Shown: in pieces, positions 1 to 13,401 of the stretch
Layout of the letters: each line of letters begins with the position of its first letter
Numbering within the stretch: the stretch's first letter is position 1
Assembly (NCBI GenBank): GCA_951406725.2
Contig: OX597818.1
Span: 125,798,001-125,862,000 of the forward strand
Source: Octopus vulgaris
Lineage: Eukaryota
Length of the DNA: 64,000 nt
Reading direction: 5' to 3'
Translations under genes and position numbers: made by a program
The notes under the pieces: model-generated
What the model was told of the DNA's origin: nothing
What the model saw: only the letters and a program-made list of their open reading frames with translations
The model's database searches: none

Positions 1-987
1 TGAATTAACAATGAAGATTGCCACAATTGACCAAATCCCCTACCTGAAAAACTCAGATGACTGGATATTAAAACTTGTCTCAATGCACGAAAACAAGAAA
101 ACATCATAACAAAACAGGCAAACAAATATCTAAGTGAATTCCAAATACAACAAACCCCAGAATTAGACTTACTGGAAACAAGCACAGAAAAAGCTAAGCG
201 TATGAAAACCCGTGCTAAAACTGCTACCTTAGATATTCTTACTGATAAATGGCTGGAAAAGCTCTCAATGGCAAATACCCAAAGAGAGCTTATAATGCTG
301 ATGTTGATAAAGCCCTTGCCCATCAATGGTTAATGTCTTCTGGCTTAAAATCAGAAACAGAAGGGTTTATCACAGTAGTCCAAGATCAATGCTTACCTAC
401 AAGGAGTTACCAGGCCAACACATTAAAGAACGGCAGTAGCCCAACATGTCGTGTATGTAAACAAAAAAAATGAAACCATTGATCATGTTGTCTCCATATG
501 TAGTCTTCATGCGCCTACAGAATATCTCAACAGGTATGATAGAGCAGCACAATATATTCAATGGGTAATTTGCAAAAGCCTGGATTTGCCCCATGATAAA
601 AACTGGTGGGAACACAAACTACCTCCAGTGCTTGAAAACGACCACATCTCACTTCTCTGGAACTTCCCCGTTCAAATTCACAGATAGTTAGATGCGAATA
701 GGTCAGACATTATATTGAAGGACTTCAGACAAAAATCATTCCTCGTCATTGATATGACTATCCCAATTGGCATAAATATATCTGTCAAGACCTACCAAAA
801 ACTGAGCAAGTATAAAGCTCTTGAAATAGCAATTGGCAAAATGTGGAACGTCAAAACTATAACAATAGCTGTTGTCATAGGTGCCTAAAGAATGATAGGA
901 AAAGGGACTGATTGCTACCTAGCTGAGATACCAGGAAACCCCAAAATGGCAGAAATTCAAAAGATAGTGATCATGGGAACTGCTCTT
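1..987 (+). mobile_element. Decayed non-LTR retrotransposon, R4/Dong-like (C-terminal CCHC knuckle plus restriction-like endonuclease)
   Basis: Frameshifted translation gives SETEGFI..QDQCLPTRSY..CRVCKQKNETIDHVVSIC (CCHC), RYDRAAQYIQWVICK, then NRSDIILKD..IDMTIP..KLSKYKALEI..W..VVIGA (PD-(D/E)xK-type endonuclease). Stops and frameshifts are present. Confidence 0.85.
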
Positions 988-1710
988 GTGGTCACCTGAC
1001 CTCCTAAAAGCAGCAGTGACATTCCTCCGCCGAAAATTCTATCCCACTGTCTTCAAAAGAGAAAGGAGACAATGTACGCTATATATAAGGCGGAATGGTC
1101 ACGTCTGAAACGCTTTCCACCACGGGTCTGGTTGACTAGATTTGACACATTATCTAAAACCACCACCACCACCAACACCACCACCACCACCAACAACAAT
1201 AACAACAGAAACGCATTGACGTTCCAGTAAGAAGATTCTATACCGTTGCATGACATGCTAGAAACAGCATCTAAATCTATTTCATGTCACACCGTTAAAA
1301 GAAATGGGGGAAAGCGTAGCCTTAGATAAACTGAAAGTATAAGAGAGTGGGCAGGTCACTGTTAGAGCACATTTGAGCAGAGTTCTATCCTATGAGAGTT
1401 GACCTCTATCAAGCTAAACAAAAAAAAAACAGCAACGTCTATTATAGTCATTTTCATCAGCACAACCAACGCCACGACCACCACCACCAACAACAACAAC
1501 AGGAGCAGCAGCAACAATCATTACAACTCATAATGTCTCTTCCAGTACAACCGCTAACACCATCAAAACCAGCTGCCCGCTCGTGCCTTGTCTTGACAAG
1601 TTGGGAAATTACATGTCTGTCAAACGTCAGGTGATACAGCTGTTTGGTCAGTACAGAGGATTGATCATCCTGTTTAGGGAGTCAACGAATACACAGACAC
1701 ACACACACTG

Positions 1711-1747
<37 letters not shown>

Positions 1748-1784
1748 CATATATACATACATATTTTCTTTTCTTTTTTTCTTT

Positions 1785-1990
1785 TTTACTTGTTTCAGTC
1801 ATTTGACTGCGGCCATGCTGGAGCACCGCCTTTTTAATCGAGCAACTCGACCCCGGGACTTATTCTTTGTAAGCCCAGTACTTATTCTATCGGTCTCTTT
1901 TTCCCGAACCGCTAAGTAACAGGGACATAAACACACCAGCATCGGTTGTCAAGCAATGCTAGGGGGACAAACATAGACACACAAACATAT

Positions 1991-2041
<51 letters not shown>

Positions 2042-2206
2042 TATATTCGACAGGCTTCTTCCAGTTTCCGTCTACCAAATCCACTCACATGGCATTGGTC
2101 GGTCCGGGACTATAGAAGAAGACACTTCCCCAAGGTGCCACGCAGTGGGACTGAACCCGGAACCATGTGGTTGGTAAGCAAGCTACTTACCACACAGCCA
2201 CTCCTG
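1785..2206 (-). mobile_element. tRNA-headed CORE-type SINE (octopus OR2-like), complete composite copy with internal microsatellite
   Basis: Minus strand reads GTGGCTGTGTGGTAAG (A box)...GGTTCAGTCCC (B box)...ACCTTGGGGAAGTG (CORE-like), then (TA)n/(TG)n, then the conserved tail GGCGGTGCTCCAGCATGGCCGCAGTCAAATGACTGAAACAAG. About 10 related copies occur in the window. Confidence 0.85.
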
Positions 2207-2379
2207 CACCTATATATATACATATAAATATAAAGATAAATATACTCACAATCACACCACATACAGCCAAATACACACGCGCACACACACGCAGAAATGC
2301 ATCCAATCATTCATACATGTATGTGTGTGTGTTTGTGTGCCTGTGTGTGTATGTATATATATACATGTATATGTATATG

Positions 2380-2425
<46 letters not shown>

Positions 2426-2527
2426 AACATACATATACATATACACACACATATATATGTATAAATACAGACATGCAGATACACACACACACGGACATAT
2501 ATATGTATGTATATATATAGATATATC

Positions 2528-2566
<39 letters not shown>

Positions 2567-2799
2567 GAATATATATATATGACTGTTAATGCATTGTACT
2601 AACTAACTGAGTATGTACCTTAAAATTTATAAGGTTTAGTAATTGCTGCCAAACCGTAAATATTTTCCGGTGTTTAAACCACAAATAGTATTTCCACGTA
2701 GAAATAGAAATCCAATCAATCTAATCAGCATCAAGCCTTAGACAATCATTAGATAGAATAATAATAATAATAACAACAACACACAACAATAATAATGAT

Positions 2800-3437
2800 A
2801 ATCCTTTTTAATATAGGCACAAGGCATGAAATTTGGAGGTGGGGATTGTCGAATTCATCGACCCTAGTACACAACCGGTACTTATTTTATCGACCCCGAA
2901 GGATGAAAGGGAAATTCGACCTCGGCGGAATTTGAACTCAGAACGTAACGACGGGCAAAATACCTATTTCTTTACTACCCACAAGTGGCTAAACAGAGAG
3001 AGAACAAACAAAGCCAGACAAACGGTTAAAGTCGATTACATCAACTCCAGTGCGTAACTGGTACTTATTTAATCGGCGAGCTGGCAGAAACGTTAGCACG
3101 CCGGGTGAAATGCTTAGCGGTATTTCGTCTGCGTTACGTTGTGAGTTCAAATTCCGCCGAGGTCGACTTTGCCTTTCATCCTTTCGGGGTCGATAAATTA
3201 AGTACCAGTTACGCACTGGGGTCAATGTAATCGACTTAATACCTATGTCTGTCCTTGTTTGTCCCCTCTGTGTTTAGCCCCTTGTGGGTAATAACGAAAT
3301 AGGTACTTATTTAATCGGCCCCGAAAGGATGAAAGGCAAAGTTGACCTTGGCGGAATTTGAACTCAGAACGTAACGGCAGACGAAATACGGCTACGCATT
3401 TCGCCCGGCGTGCTAACGGTTCTGCCAGCTCACCGCC
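2800..3437 (-). mobile_element. Dimeric tRNA-headed SINE (Meta/MESC-like central domain) interrupted by a + strand copy of itself
   Basis: Head at about 3437, central GCCTTTCATCCTTTCGGGG.CGAT..AAGTACCAG, internal tail-to-head junction at about 2960. Interrupted at 3060-3319. Confidence 0.85.
3075..3301 (+). mobile_element. Monomeric Meta/MESC-like SINE nested in an opposite-strand copy
   Basis: GGCGAGCTGGCAGAAACGTTAGCACG head to GAAATA tail, flanked by the direct repeat GGTACTTATTTAATCGGC (3060-3077 and 3302-3319). Confidence 0.9.
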
Positions 3438-3439
3438 TT

Positions 3440-3813
3440 TCTAATGTATCAATACCAATAGATGACAATGCTTCTCTAAAAGAAACGGAGAAATTTTCAA
3501 AATCCAAAGATCTGGAAATAGAGGTAACTCGAAAGTGGAGTCTAAAAACAAAAACAATTCCTATCATAGTAGGCGCATTAGGTATGATGAAAAAATATTC
3601 ACACAAATACATAACAAAAACACCAGGAATAACAAGTATATATAACATACACCGAAAAAAAAACACTACTAGGCACTGCACACATCCAACGTAAAACACT
3701 TTCAATACAGAAGCAATAACGGCATCACTACAAACCCTAGCACGTACTCAAGGCACACAGAGCTGCGCTCGGTAGCGCCATGAAAGCACGGGATAAATAT
3801 AAGACTACTGAAT

Positions 3814-3877
<64 letters not shown>

Positions 3878-3880
3878 TAA
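3440..3880 (+). mobile_element. 3' end of an R4/Dong-like LINE ending in (TAA)n
   Basis: SIPIDDNASLKETEKFSKSKDLEIEVTRKWSLKTKTIPIIVGALG (endonuclease C-terminus), a short 3' UTR, then a (TAA)n tract at 3815-3880. Confidence 0.8.
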
Positions 3881-5864
3881 CCTTATGCCCTGATGCAGTG
3901 CAGTGGCTCTCATGGCGTTTGATCTTAGCTGACTGGAAGGAATTGTCATCATGTACATTGTTTTGACTTGGTATAAAAGATGCGCTATAGATTTGCTTAA
4001 GGCCGCTGTGTTGTTCACAATGGATTAATTAACAACGTACTCAGCACATGTACTGTTAAACAAAATTGAATGACCAGACTAACTAGTTTGAGGTAGCTGG
4101 ATTTGTATACGTTGTATTTTATAAATAATTTAAAACTATTAATACCGTTGAGGACAGAAAAAGAACATTCTTTCACTGATGACGTTTACAAACTAACCAG
4201 ATTAGGTATTTTTTTTTCTTCCCGAAGAGATTAATGCTTTTGATGTACCTCTTTAATTTCAAAGCGAGGTCAAAACTGTTAATTTAAAAAGGAATAATTA
4301 CTTATGACAATTACATACATACCGTACTAATTACTCTTTGAATTATTTTATACTTGGTTGAGTATTTCAAAACCAGGTATACTTTACCTGTAATTCACTG
4401 GTGAAAACGTTGTCACGCGACGTGATAAGTACATCCCTTCATCCGTTATATTTCTAGTCCATCTAACGGGCTTCCAAAATAGTCCTGTCCACTCAACTTT
4501 ATTAACAAGGTTAGGGTTAACCAACATTTACGGTAAAAGTCGCCTGGCAAAGATAGCATGTAGAAAAATCGAACATCGGATCTCATGCTTTGGAATTGAG
4601 ATTCTTAATCATTCAGTAATAAATGCGCTTGCACGCATCCATATAATCAAAGATACAATCTCTACGTCGCCGTTCGGCCTGCTAGAAATAACAAACAAAT
4701 TTTCTTTTAATCACACTGTGCCGTCTTAGAAATAGCAAAACATTGAGTAATGGCATCGTAGCTGTGTTATCCTTTGGTAAAAGAGCAGATTAATCAATGC
4801 TGATATGCCTTTTTACCATAGGTTTGCCTACTCACCGGGAGCTAAACAGCGACTACAATATATGAGAGAGACATACGCTCACATTGTCAAATACGAACGC
4901 AAACTCACTTGTAGTATGAGTGACAGACTTAATCCATGTCCCGGTTTAATATCACCACCTGGCACTTTGGGTACTTTTAGTGAAGTCCAATCTGTTGCAA
5001 TCATTCAGGTCAGATTTTCAGTTTGAAGAGACCGTTTCACTTCCTCTCGCCAGAGGTCGTTTGAAGGGTCATAGACAGTGCTTTTTTCCCCCCTGACTAC
5101 AAAGATAAAAGATACTAGCATGCATGAATGTTCACATGATACACACGTAGACACACAACCGTAAACACGTGCACCTATATAAAGACAAGCACACACTTTC
5201 TCACCCCTCGGCTACGTTCATTAGGTCTTAGATAACACATTAAAATACTACTTTCAAAACGAGTGGTGTGGGTATGAGGGGAAGAACAATTGGTAAGTTT
5301 GGTGTGTAACAAGAGTAATGTGAGAGGTGGAGTGATAAAAGAGATTGGGTGGGGGAGAGAGTTTAGTGGGGGAGTGTAGTAGAGGTGTGTGGGTAATGGC
5401 GGGAGTTGGTTCGTTGAGTGAAAGGGGATTCAGTGTCGCTGAGTGAGAGGACTGGTGTCAGTGAAAGTAAACCTTTGTGTGCAGCGGAGTAAGAGGTAAC
5501 TATTAAGGGGTTCAATAATGGTGTTAATATATATTTGTGTGCGCGCGCGCGCGTGTGGATTTGTGTGACAGAAAAAAAGGATGGATTCGGCTGAAGATAC
5601 GAAGAAAGATTCTGGGACGTCAAGTGAGAGGGCTATGTGTAATGAGTACGTTGTGTGTTGGAGGTGGCGATTAAAAGTAGGCTTAGAGGGTTCAGCGCGG
5701 AGAGGGGTATAAGTGTTGGCGGTTAGGGTCTAAGGGAGTAAGGTGAGTGGTGATTTGTATTTAATAAGTCAAGTCAGCAAAGGTCAGCCAACTGACAAGC
5801 AGTGTTTAAAGATAAAGCGAAAACGCATTCGGGGTCTTCCATCATTTTACTCAACTTTAATCCT

Positions 5865-6220
5865 CCCCTTCTTCATCTTCTTCTTCTTCTTCTTCTTCTT
5901 CTTCTTCTTCTTCTTCTTCTTCTTCTTCTTCTTCTTCTTTTTCTTCTTCTTCTTCTTCTTCTTCTTTTCTTCTTCTTTTTCTTCTTCTTCTTCTTCTTTT
6001 TCTTTTTCTCCTCCTCCTCCTTCATTTCTTCTTCTCCATTTCTTCTTTCCTTCTTTTTTCTTCTCTTCTTTTTATTTTTCTTCTTCTCCTCCTTCATTTC
6101 TTCTTCTTCATTTCTTCTTTCCTTCTTTTTTCTTCTCTTCTTCTTCTTCTTCTTCTTCTTCTTCTCCTCCTCCTCCTCCTCCTCCTCCTCCTCCTCCTTC
6201 TTCTTCTTCTTCTTCTTTAA

Positions 6221-6253
<33 letters not shown>

Positions 6254-6346
6254 GTTATTATTATTGTAATTATTATTATTATTAATATTATTATTATTAT
6301 TATTGTTATTATTATTATTGTTGTTGTTGTTATTGTTGTTGTTATT
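5865..6346. repeat. Compound microsatellite (CTT)n-(CCT)n-(ATT)n-(GTT)n
   Basis: Read directly from the sequence. It is the source of the poly-F/L/R ORFs. Confidence 0.95.
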
Positions 6347-6560
6347 AAGGCGACGAGATGGCAGATTCGTTAGCGCGCCGGACGAAATGCTTAGCGGTAT
6401 TTCACCCGTCGCTACGTTCTGAGTTCAAATTCTGCCGAGTTCGACTTTGCTTTCCATCCTTTCGTGGTCAATAAAATAATTACCAGTTGAATACTGAGAT
6501 CGGTGTAATCGACTAGTTCCCTCCCGCCAGATATCTGGCTTTGAGTCTTTAGTGGAAAGG

Positions 6561-6562
<2 letters not shown>
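6347..6562 (+). mobile_element. Meta/MESC-like SINE with alternative (B-type) tail, flanked by (TTA)n
   Basis: AAGGCGACGAGATGGCAG head, GAGTTCAAAT B box, central domain, tail ...CCCTCCC..AGTGGAAAGGATTATT. Confidence 0.85.
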
Positions 6563-6614
<52 letters not shown>

Positions 6615-6639
6615 GTATGTTTGACTTTTGCTTTGTAAT

Positions 6640-6985
6640 TTGTTCTCACCAGTTTTTTTATGGGCCAGGTCCAGGTCCAGGTTTTGCAAATTACCCATTG
6701 AATATATTGTGCAGCTCTATCATGCCTGTTGAGATACTCTGTTGGCGCAAGAAGACTGCACATAGAGATAATATGATCAATGGTTTCATTTTGTTGTTGA
6801 CTTGCCGTTCTTTATTATGTTAGCCTGGTAGTTCCTTGTAGGTTGGCATCGATTTTGGGCTGCTATGATAAACCCTTCTGTTTCTGACTTTAAGCCAGAA
6901 GACACTAACCATTGATGGGTAAGGGTTTTGTCAACATCGGTATTATTAGCTCTCTTTGGGTATTCGCCACTGAGAGGTTTTGCTT
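6640..6985 (-). mobile_element. R4/Dong-like LINE fragment, same family as 1-987
   Basis: YPKRANNTDVDKTLTHQWLVSSGLKSETEGFIIAAQ.. and CSLLAPTEYLNRHDRAAQYIQWVICK, nearly identical to the translation of 249-600. Confidence 0.85.
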
Positions 6986-6989
6986 CATA

Positions 6990-7950
6990 TTCTTCAGGCA
7001 CAAACCACATATCATGACGAACTAAAATATTGAATAATAGAAGAAACGGGGGAAAAATAAAACTGAGAAGGCAGCGTATAGAAAACTCAGTTTCCGATCA
7101 TCAGCTGGTAAACCGAGCCTGGTTTACTTTTGAGCATGAGCTGTCTGAATCTTCTTTGAAATGTGAAATGAAAATCTGAAGGAAAAGCTTATCCTTATGT
7201 TCTTTCGTTAAAAAACCTTTGTGAACGACACCTGCGAGAAACGGCCGCTTCCAGCTCATGCTCTTGATTTCAATTTTAGTTCACGTGGTAATATTATCAT
7301 AAACGTCATAAACTCCATACAATCGAAGTCAAGAAATTGCGTTGCTGTTTAAGCAATGTTCCAAAATAATACTTTTAAGTAATGTCTTTAACTAATACTT
7401 TTAATTAATTAAATAAGAGTGTGTATGCGAGTGTTCATTTTGCATGTGCTTGTCTCTCTCTCACACACACACACACGCTCAGAAACATATCAATTCAGCT
7501 TATTAATTAAACATTTTTTAATTTCAAATCCACAACGAATTTCAAGGAGGAATGTATTTGCAAAAACAAACAAACAAAAAAAGAATACTTACCCGCATGA
7601 ATACAAAACGTTAACAGGTCATTTCTTTTGTTCAAACTATCGATACCTTGAGTAAAAATTCTCAGTTTTTCACCCAAGCAAAGGTCACAATATATTGTTA
7701 ATTTGAATCCCGTTCCTGTAAGTTTACGCTTTATCTGCAATAGACCATATAATCTTGAATTCATGAGGTCTTGCCTCACGCAAGAACCATATAACCTTCG
7801 ACGATGAATAATTGCTGGTCATAACGGCATTTGGATGAGAATTCCGGTACACCAATACATGTTCAAAGTTGATCACATCTGTTTGATTCAACTTTTGCAC
7901 TGTATATTATTGACTTAGCCAGGCAGTTACCGAAAACGAGCAACTCTAAA
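6990..7950 (-). mobile_element. Penelope-like element fragment: GIY-YIG endonuclease plus downstream pseudo-LTR
   Basis: Frameshifted minus translation of 7945-7575: GNCLAKSIIYSAKVES..CIGVPEFSSKCRYDQ / SKVIWFLRE..FKIIWSIADKA / CDLCLGEKLRIF..SLNKRNDLLTFCIHAGKY, which matches the PLE endonuclease pattern. A CTGATGA hammerhead-core remnant lies downstream at 7104-7098. Confidence 0.8.
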
Positions 7951-8870
7951 TAATGGAAATTGGAACATTTCAGTTATCATGTGTTAGAACAATACTCTAC
8001 ATTTTTATTGAGTTCTGTAATTTAACGCTTCCGCTGAATCAACAGAGATTTACATATACATACAAACATACATACATACATACATACATACATACATACA
8101 TACATGTATGTGTGTATATTCGTATGTATGTTCACACACATACATATATGCATTTACATATATGCATACATGCATATATACACATGTATAAATATGTACA
8201 CACACGCATAGAGACATACATATATATGCAGGTATTATGTAAAAGTATGTATATACATTTATATATATGAGTGTGTGTCTGAGAGAAAGAGAAGGAGAGA
8301 GAGAGAGAGAGAGAGAGGGATATATATATAGAGAGAGAGAGAAAGAGAAAAAAGTGCGTGTGTCTGTAGCGTGTGTACGCGCAATTTTATCGAAATAATT
8401 GAATCTCCTTTTCATATATATATATCAAAAGTGAAAATCAAATACTGAAATATACATAAGAAAAATTGGCGGGAAAATATGGCAGGAATGCCCAGGGTTA
8501 TTCTCATATATATATGTTTTCTGTCTTTTCTGATCTTGTTTTGTAAAGTCTTGTTTTTTTCTTCTTTTACCCCCTTATATTTTAGTTTCTTTAAATCCCA
8601 GTTGCTGATTGTTACGGGGGTGAGGGATGGGAAGATGCCTTCTTTTTTGTGTGTCATTAGTGATTGGTGGATTAGGACCCTTCAAATATATAGAGCCCTG
8701 GATTAAGGAGATATAAAAGATTTAAAAGATTTTGAAGTTTATCTCTAAACAGCGTTTCTTTGGTGTGGTCACACACACACACACACAGCACAAGCACACA
8801 TACGCGCACACACTCACACATACATACATACATAAATACATACATACATACATACATACATACATACATG

Positions 8871-8976
<106 letters not shown>

Positions 8977-9312
8977 CGTTTTCTTGACACTATAACATGG
9001 GTGTTCTATAAATAACTATGTTGCTGTATTTTAACGTCAGGAAGACGTCTTTTCCAGCTGGTTAACGACACACAGCCTGTGTCCGATTTATAGTAAGTAA
9101 GAGAGCAAATCACTCCCCTCCAGCTTGGCAAGACCAGTAGACCATGATTTCTTGGTCTTTACTCCTCATCGGTGCCCATACCTGCCTGCTAGAGATGGCA
9201 GTCATTCATCCCCACTCACTATATATAAACAGAGAAGCGGCAGATAGCAGCTGATCTCGTAACGAGCAAAATAACCAGTTCTAAAATCTCTAAAACTAGC
9301 AATATATATATA

Positions 9313-9542
9313 TTTCTTTACTACCCACAAGGGGTCAGACACAGAGGGAACAAACAAGGACAGACAAAGGGATTAAATCGGTTACATCGACCCCAGTGCG
9401 AAAGTGGTACTTAATTTATCGACCCCGAAAGAATGAAAGGCAAAGTCGACCTCCGCGGGATTTGAACTCGGAACGTAACGGCAGACGAAATACGGCTACG
9501 CATTTCGCCCGGCTCGCAAACGTTTCTGCCAGTTCGCCGCCT
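9313..9542 (-). mobile_element. Meta/MESC-like SINE monomer (A-type tail)
   Basis: Full head, central domain and ...TTGTGGGTAGTAAAGAAATA tail, inserted in (TA)n. Confidence 0.9.
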
Positions 9543-11039
9543 TCTAATATATATATATATATAAGCGTGTTCGCGTGCGTGTGTGTGTGTGTATACATTG
9601 TATTGCTTCCTCTTCTTGTTTTATCAAGTCGCAGCTTTTCAAGGCAATACAACTTTCAACTTAAGTGAAGCGATATGGATTGCACTCGTCTAAACAGCAA
9701 CATTGCTGAAAATCTTACTGCAGAATCCCCAACGTCAGTCACGACTGAGCGGACATATTAAAGATATTCTAACCGTGACCATTGTTATTTGTTTTGTGAA
9801 AGTAGGAAGGTTCTACTTTACATTATTTTTTCTGTCATTTTTGTTTTTAAATGGACATGGTTTTGGTTGAGAGAAAGAGAGAAAGAGAGGAAATGGAGTG
9901 AGAAAGAAAGAAAGAGATTTGACTATTATTTCTTGCAAATAAAACGATTGCGATTTAATTGCTCTCCTTCGCCGGCTTGGGGTCACTAACACCATTTTCA
10001 ACCATGTTTCTGTCTCTCCGTATAGATATAGTTTCCGATGTTCCACCAATGATAAACTGTGTAAAATGTTTCTCTATATATCATACTCAAAGAATATACA
10101 TACTTAAAAAAGTATATATATATCATTGAAAAGTCAGAATGTTTAGTGCTAAATTAACACTGATCGTGCTTACCTTTCATCAGAGCTACTTCAGTCATCA
10201 TTAACACGACAGTTTTTCAGAAACAAGACAACACTATCCGTTGTATCATTTATGTAAATTTGAATGCGATTTCTTCACTATATTTTTCAGAATATAGGTT
10301 GAATGTGGGCTATAATTGTTATGTATTCGTACACGATTGTCTACCAATCATTTGGATAACTTTTGTGGGGCGGAGTGTGTAGCTTAGAATATTTGCTTGA
10401 GAAACAGCGATAACACAGCCCCTAGATATACGAGCATTTCTCATACATTTGCCTAGGATCAGTAACGGTAGTAGCTGCTGTGAAGTTTATGTCCCTGAAG
10501 AGAAAACTATTCATTTCGATGCAGATTTACTCATGAAGCAGCTGTTACTTTGCATAAGGTCAGTCGTAGATAGGCAGTTCTACAATCAATATGTACTCCA
10601 GTTGTAACTATCCCAACTTTAAGATCAGTAGGCTATTATTTGAAGAAAATATGGCTACCGTGGGTTTCTTTTTCCTAGCTAGTCTCGTAGAGGAATTTTT
10701 TCATTTGATCCTTGTCTACGTCATATAATTGTAGGTGGTGAACTGGTAGAATTGTTGGAACATGGTACAAATTTATTTGCGGTATTTTTTATAAGTCTCT
10801 GCACTCCAAGTTCAAATTTCGCTGTGTCATCTTTGCGTTTCGGGAAAGGGTGGAATAAAATAAAGTACCATTACAAGGCAGTGAATTGGTGGAATTGTTA
10901 CATCGCTAGACGAGATGTTTCGCGTTACATTTTCTAGTTAATGTTCATTCTGGCTTATTCGATGACGACCATCCTGTTTAATAATACAACCTGCTCCTTA
11001 CATAGATTAGGGATGTCCACTCTGTTGCAAGCATTAAGA

Positions 11040-11370
11040 CCAGGTTTCCAGTTGAAGGTAAATTCCAGTAGTCCCCAAACGGGTCATAAGCACTGTACTT
11101 TCCGCCATGGTTAAGCGCTAAGAATGCTGTAGGTTATATAGAGATTGTAAGGTCAGGCATTTATATGGACTGGGAAGGATTTAGCTGTGCGTGATTCATG
11201 AGTAAAAAGGGCTCCAATATGTTGTGTGTTGCATACGGAAAGAACTTCCAACTAGCTTCATCTTCAACTACAAAATTAGCAGTTAATTCCAAATAAATTT
11301 GTCGTGAAAGAATTTCTCTCTGCAAATTGGTTGGAATTATCAAGTCGTTCGTTACCCGAGTTACCCACTG
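11040..11370 (-). mobile_element. Possible highly decayed Gypsy-type integrase fragment
   Basis: LIIPTNLQREILS..IY..EP.L..P.QSI resembles the integrase Zn-binding to core junction. The catalytic residues are not recoverable. Confidence 0.3.
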
Positions 11371-12037
11371 AGATGGAAATGACATGTGCAGAACTACGGT
11401 GAGACAAAGATAGAATTTAATAAAATAAAACATGAGCTCATTGCAAGAAAGATCACGGAATGGCAGGTCTAATGTATTAAATTATATAAATGTGGGTGGG
11501 TAATTACTGGTGTCACATGAGGACATCATTAACAATGGTGAGCAGAACTGATAGAAGGTGAGAAAGATAGCAGTAAGCGGAGAGTCGGAATGAAATTCGG
11601 AGATGGAGAGATACAGATGAAAAAAAAAACAGAAAGAAAGGAAAGGCAAATGGAGATGAGAGAAAGGTGGAAACAAAGAGAATGTCAGATTGTTAAGTAA
11701 ATAGATTAAATGTGAAAACCCGAACTGCGGCTATATTTGCAGCTAAACTACCTGCCAAACAATCAACAGCATCGCAATCACTGTCGCTGGAGGGTTCGTA
11801 ACTCTGGAGGTTATATAAACTATAGAAGTTCGTAGCTTTTATTACTATTATCCCATTTGTATTACCCTTAATTTCTTTAAAAACATTGGACACACTGTAT
11901 CTATAGCTTGTCCCCCCACTCCTCCTCCTCCTCCTCCTCCTCCTCCTCCTCCTCCTCCTCCTCCTCTTCCTCCTCCTCCTCCTCCTCCTCCTCCTCCTCC
12001 TCCTCCTCTTCCTATTACTACTAATACTACAACTACA

Positions 12038-12075
<38 letters not shown>

Positions 12076-12118
12076 AACAACAACAAAAGAACAACGCCAA
12101 TGAAAATAACTAAAGATA

Positions 12119-12150
<32 letters not shown>

Positions 12151-12293
12151 GCCTATCTGTCTGTCTGTATGTAAATATATGGGTACGTGTATACAAATAT
12201 ACATATGCAAGTAAACATATACACACACACATACAAACACAGACGCATACACACATGCATATATATATGCGTATGTGTGCGTGTGTGTATATG

Positions 12294-12372
<79 letters not shown>

Positions 12373-13247
12373 TGATGGTGAAGAGGAGGATTATGATGAT
12401 AATGAATACGACTATAACGATGTCAATGATGATAATTATGACCATGATGATGACCATGATGATCATGATCATGATGATAGTGGTAACGATGATATACAAT
12501 GATGGTGAAAAGAAGGAGTCAGTGGAAAAATGGTTACAAAAATAAGACTAAAATTTCCCCATAGAAATTACACAATGCAAAAATATATACAGAAATAATA
12601 CACCATCAGACAAGAACAAAAAAGAAGGTATAAAACCACGCCATCATTGTTGACATCGCCATCACCACCATCATCGTCATCATCAGCAACAAGAAGAAGA
12701 AGAAGAACAGCAACAATAGTTACAACAACAGTAATAATAACACGATTAACGACAGTATTACAATAAGCAATCTATGAGACAATTGTTTGCAATTTGGAAC
12801 GTCCCCCTCCAACACACTTCATCACAAACCCCGTGAAAAAAAAAGACGATCTATGAAAACTAATCTTCTTTTGACAGCCACCGGTTGATTATTAGGGTCT
12901 CTTGTAAACTTGTCAAATTAATGGTAATTTGGTCTTTTTGACATTCTCACACACACACATTCACACACACGCACACACACACACACGCACACAGAAACAA
13001 ATACATATCTTATTCCTTAATGATTTTTATTCTTGTTCTCTTTTTCTCTTTTCTTTCATTCTCTGAATTCTTTCCCTCGTTTTTATTTCTGTTTCTAGAG
13101 GTTTCTTATGTCGCACACCAACATGAATATACATGCATACATACACACATATATGCAATGCGTACATATATATATATATAATTATTTATATCAGTGTATG
13201 TGTATATAAGCGCACACACACATACACACACTCTTACACACACACAT

Positions 13248-13284
<37 letters not shown>

Positions 13285-13286
13285 AA

Positions 13287-13401
13287 TTGGCCTGCTTGCT
13301 TAGCCAGCGTGGTGGCGTCATTTGAAGGCTAAAACAATGCGAAGCGCTTTGTGACCAGCGATGTGTAGCAACATCTGATAGCCTGGTCGGTGACGGTGAC
13401 G

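Noticed and set aside
5581-5750. Possible first exon MDSAEDTKKDSGTS and AAG|GTGAGT donor in a G-rich stretch
   Set aside because: The frame closes before the strong donor and there is no independent support.
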